Below are positions 60,374 through 62,593 of a stretch of DNA of 62,593 nt, piece after piece. Origin of the DNA: a virus (Duplodnaviria > Caudoviricetes); IMG/VR virus record IMGVR_UViG_3300042914_000630, positions 1-62,593 of that record. The stretch is one strand, 5' to 3'. Position 1 is the stretch's first letter; every line of letters starts with the position of its first letter. Below the pieces are notes generated by a model. It did not search any database, was not told the DNA's origin, and saw only the letters and a program-made list of their open reading frames with translations. The position numbers and the translations under genes were made by a program.

Positions 60374-60744
60374 TGAATTGGAAGTTTGATATCAATCCCG
60401 TGGCTGCATCCAGACCACGGGTTGGTAAATGGGGTGCTTACTATACAGGTACTTACAAGGAGTTCAGAGAGAAAGCAGCAGAGATCGTATGGGATACCAT
60501 CGGTAAGGACTTTGAGGCTATCGACATAGAACTTGCAGTAAGTATTGAGTTATATGTAAAGCGTCCCAAGTCTACTGAGAGGGAATGGCCGAAGGCAGAT
60601 ATCGACAACTTTGCCAAGGCTGTTCTGGATACCATGAACGGAAAGATCTGGAAGGATGACTCCCAGATAACTTCCCTTCATGTATCCAAGCAGTGGGCTG
60701 ACAAGGGTGAAGATGGTTACTTCACCTTAGAAGTAAATACCTAA
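60373..60744 (+). CDS. rusA: RusA family Holliday junction resolvase
   Basis: P...RPR, DIDNFAKAVLD, W.DDSQI...K. Confidence 0.92.
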   Translation: MNWKFDINPVAASRPRVGKWGAYYTGTYKEFREKAAEIVWDTIGKDFEAIDIELAVSIELYVKRPKSTEREWPKADIDNFAKAVLDTMNGKIWKDDSQITSLHVSKQWADKGEDGYFTLEVNT

Positions 60745-60776
60745 AAGGATTGGGGAGAAATCCCCTTTCCTTTTTT
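60744..60776 (+). terminator. Intrinsic terminator-like hairpin
   Basis: AAGGA..GGGGA-GAAA-TCCCC..TCCTT then T run. Confidence 0.65.
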
Positions 60777-60789
60777 CAAAAGGAGAACA

Positions 60790-61446
60790 ATGTACGAACA
60801 TATTTCAGTTGAGTTGATCGACAAGATGGGAACAGACAACACGGTTGTCGATGCTGCTAGAGTGTCGTTCAGCAAAGAAGCTGCCAACTACACAGAGGAG
60901 CAGAACAGCAAGCTTATCAAGTACTTGGCAAAGCACAATCACTGGAGTCCTTTCGCTCATTGTACTCTGCAATTCAGAATTAAGGCTCCCATCTTTGTTG
61001 CCCGACAGCTGCAGAAGCATCAGGTCGGGTTTGCTTGGAATGAGGTAAGCCGCCGCTATGTTGACTATGATCCCACCTTCTGGAATCCCAGTGGTAACTG
61101 GAGAAAGAAGGCTGAGAACAAGAAGCAGGGATCTATGGATGATCTGATCGATGATCCTCTGGAGTCTCAGGATGTCTTTGAGGATGCTATGCGTTACTGT
61201 ATGCTGACCTACAATCTAATGCTTGCCAACGGTGTATGCCCGGAGCAAGCCCGTGCCGTGCTTCCTCAGTCTATGATGACTGAGTGGTACTGGACGGGTT
61301 CTCTGTACGGCTTTGCCCGTGTATGCCAGCTGCGGCTTGATTCCCATGCCCAGAATGAATGCCGACAGGTTGCCATGTGTCTCAATGAGGCATGTGCCGA
61401 GGCATTCCCGATATCTTGGAAGGCTCTTAATGGAACACTGGATTGA
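60790..61446 (+). CDS. thyX: Flavin-dependent thymidylate synthase
   Basis: AARVS, HWSPF, PIFVARQ..KH, NEVSRRY, EQARAVLP, HAQ.E. Confidence 0.96.
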   Translation: MYEHISVELIDKMGTDNTVVDAARVSFSKEAANYTEEQNSKLIKYLAKHNHWSPFAHCTLQFRIKAPIFVARQLQKHQVGFAWNEVSRRYVDYDPTFWNPSGNWRKKAENKKQGSMDDLIDDPLESQDVFEDAMRYCMLTYNLMLANGVCPEQARAVLPQSMMTEWYWTGSLYGFARVCQLRLDSHAQNECRQVAMCLNEACAEAFPISWKALNGTLD

Positions 61447-61786
61447 ACTGGCTAAGCATATTGCATCGACTGTCGATAGAGACAGAGCGCATATCTCGCT
61501 GATCGTCAGAAAGAATAGACTGCTTGCTGTCGGAACTAATAACTGGAAGACGCATCCCAAGACTGCTGAGTATGGGTACATGTATCCGTATCTCCACTCT
61601 GAGCTGGATGCCTTCCGAAAAATAAAGACACCACAAGATAAACTGGTTCTTTATAACTTTCGATTCAGTAAAACAGTAGGTAGGTTGGGAATGGCTAAGC
61701 CGTGCAAGTTCTGCATGCCTTGGTGTTCCCATGTATTTGATCGAATCGTTTACTCTAACGAGGAAGGTAAGATTATAAATGCCTGA
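61430..61786 (+). CDS. Zn-dependent cytidine/dCMP deaminase-fold protein
   Basis: G.N, HSE, PC..C. Confidence 0.82.
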   Translation: MEHWIELAKHIASTVDRDRAHISLIVRKNRLLAVGTNNWKTHPKTAEYGYMYPYLHSELDAFRKIKTPQDKLVLYNFRFSKTVGRLGMAKPCKFCMPWCSHVFDRIVYSNEEGKIINA

Positions 61787-62126
61787 TAGAGATTCAAATG
61801 GTGTAGATATCCTTGATCGCTTCTTGGCTTACAAGAATCGGTTCATGCAATTTAGCGTGACTGAAGATGTCTTTAATCAAGTAGTTGAGTATATCAAGGA
61901 ACTACGCGTCGAGCGCGACGAGGTAAGAGCTTTGTATTGTAAGCAACTGTCTCCCGCAGATCCTCAAAAGATTGCTGAGAAGTGGAGATGGGATTGCTTT
62001 GACAATGGTAAGAACGCATGGCTACTCCCCGAGAGCAAGAAAACTATGGATCGGTTAGTGGAGTTGGGGGAAGAACTGGAAGCTAACCATAACAATCAAA
62101 AGTACAGGGTAACTGACGGTGAGTGA
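61779..62126 (+). CDS. Hypothetical protein (ERDE.R...WDCF motif)
   Basis: ORF track. Confidence 0.65.
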   Translation: MPDRDSNGVDILDRFLAYKNRFMQFSVTEDVFNQVVEYIKELRVERDEVRALYCKQLSPADPQKIAEKWRWDCFDNGKNAWLLPESKKTMDRLVELGEELEANHNNQKYRVTDGE

Positions 62127-62295
62127 CGATCCTCTGGCTCAAGCTGTTCAAGAGTTAGAGTGGGTCACTCACGAAAGAGATCAGGCAAGAAGAGAACTGA
62201 TTGCCTATGATGCAATACACTTTAAGCTTTCAGTAGTCGAAGCTGCTAAAGCAAGAGGTTGGGGTTATCTAATTACAAAGGATAAATATGTCTAA
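62119..62295 (+). CDS. Hypothetical protein (ERDQARR...ARGW motif)
   Basis: Hand translation from GTG 62119; fills the gap between genes. Confidence 0.55.
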   Translation: MSDDPLAQAVQELEWVTHERDQARRELIAYDAIHFKLSVVEAAKARGWGYLITKDKYV

Positions 62296-62593
62296 GAATA
62301 AACCGTGGCTAAAAGCTAAGAAAAGAGATCATACTACTGGTGCTGGCAAGGGCGATAAGTATCGTCCGGTTGACCGAGAGCAATATGAAAAAAATTATGA
62401 TGCTATCTTTAACTCTGCAAAGAAGGTAAATGAAAAGCACAAGAAGACCTTAGAGAAACTGAATGATGAAGACAAAGACATTAAGCGAACTTGAGGAGAT
62501 GGTCTATGATCTTGCAGCCCTTAGCTACAAGGTTGGACGCCTTGAGACAGATGGTACATCGACTCAGGCAAAGTATGATAAACTGGTTGAACA
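62278..62593. repeat. Right copy of terminal overlap
   Basis: Matches 1-280 but is 36 nt longer. Confidence 0.95.
62288..62494 (+). CDS. Small hypothetical protein; longer allele of 11-175
   Basis: ORF track 68 aa. Confidence 0.6.
   Translation: MSKNKPWLKAKKRDHTTGAGKGDKYRPVDREQYEKNYDAIFNSAKKVNEKHKKTLEKLNDEDKDIKRT

Noticed and set aside
1-62593. Integrase/lysogeny module, introns or inteins
   Set aside because: No recombinase motifs recognised; Pol, helicase, NrdJ and terminase are uninterrupted and of normal size.

Overview
Apparently complete, circularly permuted genome (~62.3 kb) of a large T7-like podovirus (Autographiviridae-type). It has a single-subunit RNA polymerase, gp4-like primase-helicase, family A polymerase, portal/scaffold/capsid/tail-tube genes, terminases and very large internal virion proteins. 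Essentially all real genes are on the + strand. The contig ends overlap (1-280 vs 62278-62593) but differ internally, so this is an assembly overlap between two variants; the physical genome ends are more likely near 46.4-47.0 kb. Inferred order from there: small early genes, kinase, tRNAs, RNAP, SSB/RusA/ThyX, primase/Pol/exonuclease/dUTPase/NrdJ, head, tail, terminases, internal virion proteins. Most notable observations: (1) a 3242-aa virion protein with a zincin peptidase and an embedded sigma/LuxR-like HTH module; (2) a 43-nt armless tRNA-Gln-like element inside the tRNA cluster; (3) a probably pseudoknotted RNA leader of the capsid gene; (4) a recently swapped high-GC fibre module with a recombination scar, rich in the ACGT site the rest of the genome avoids; (5) a four-copy candidate phage promoter. 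All calls come from reading the sequence by eye; no database searches were run.
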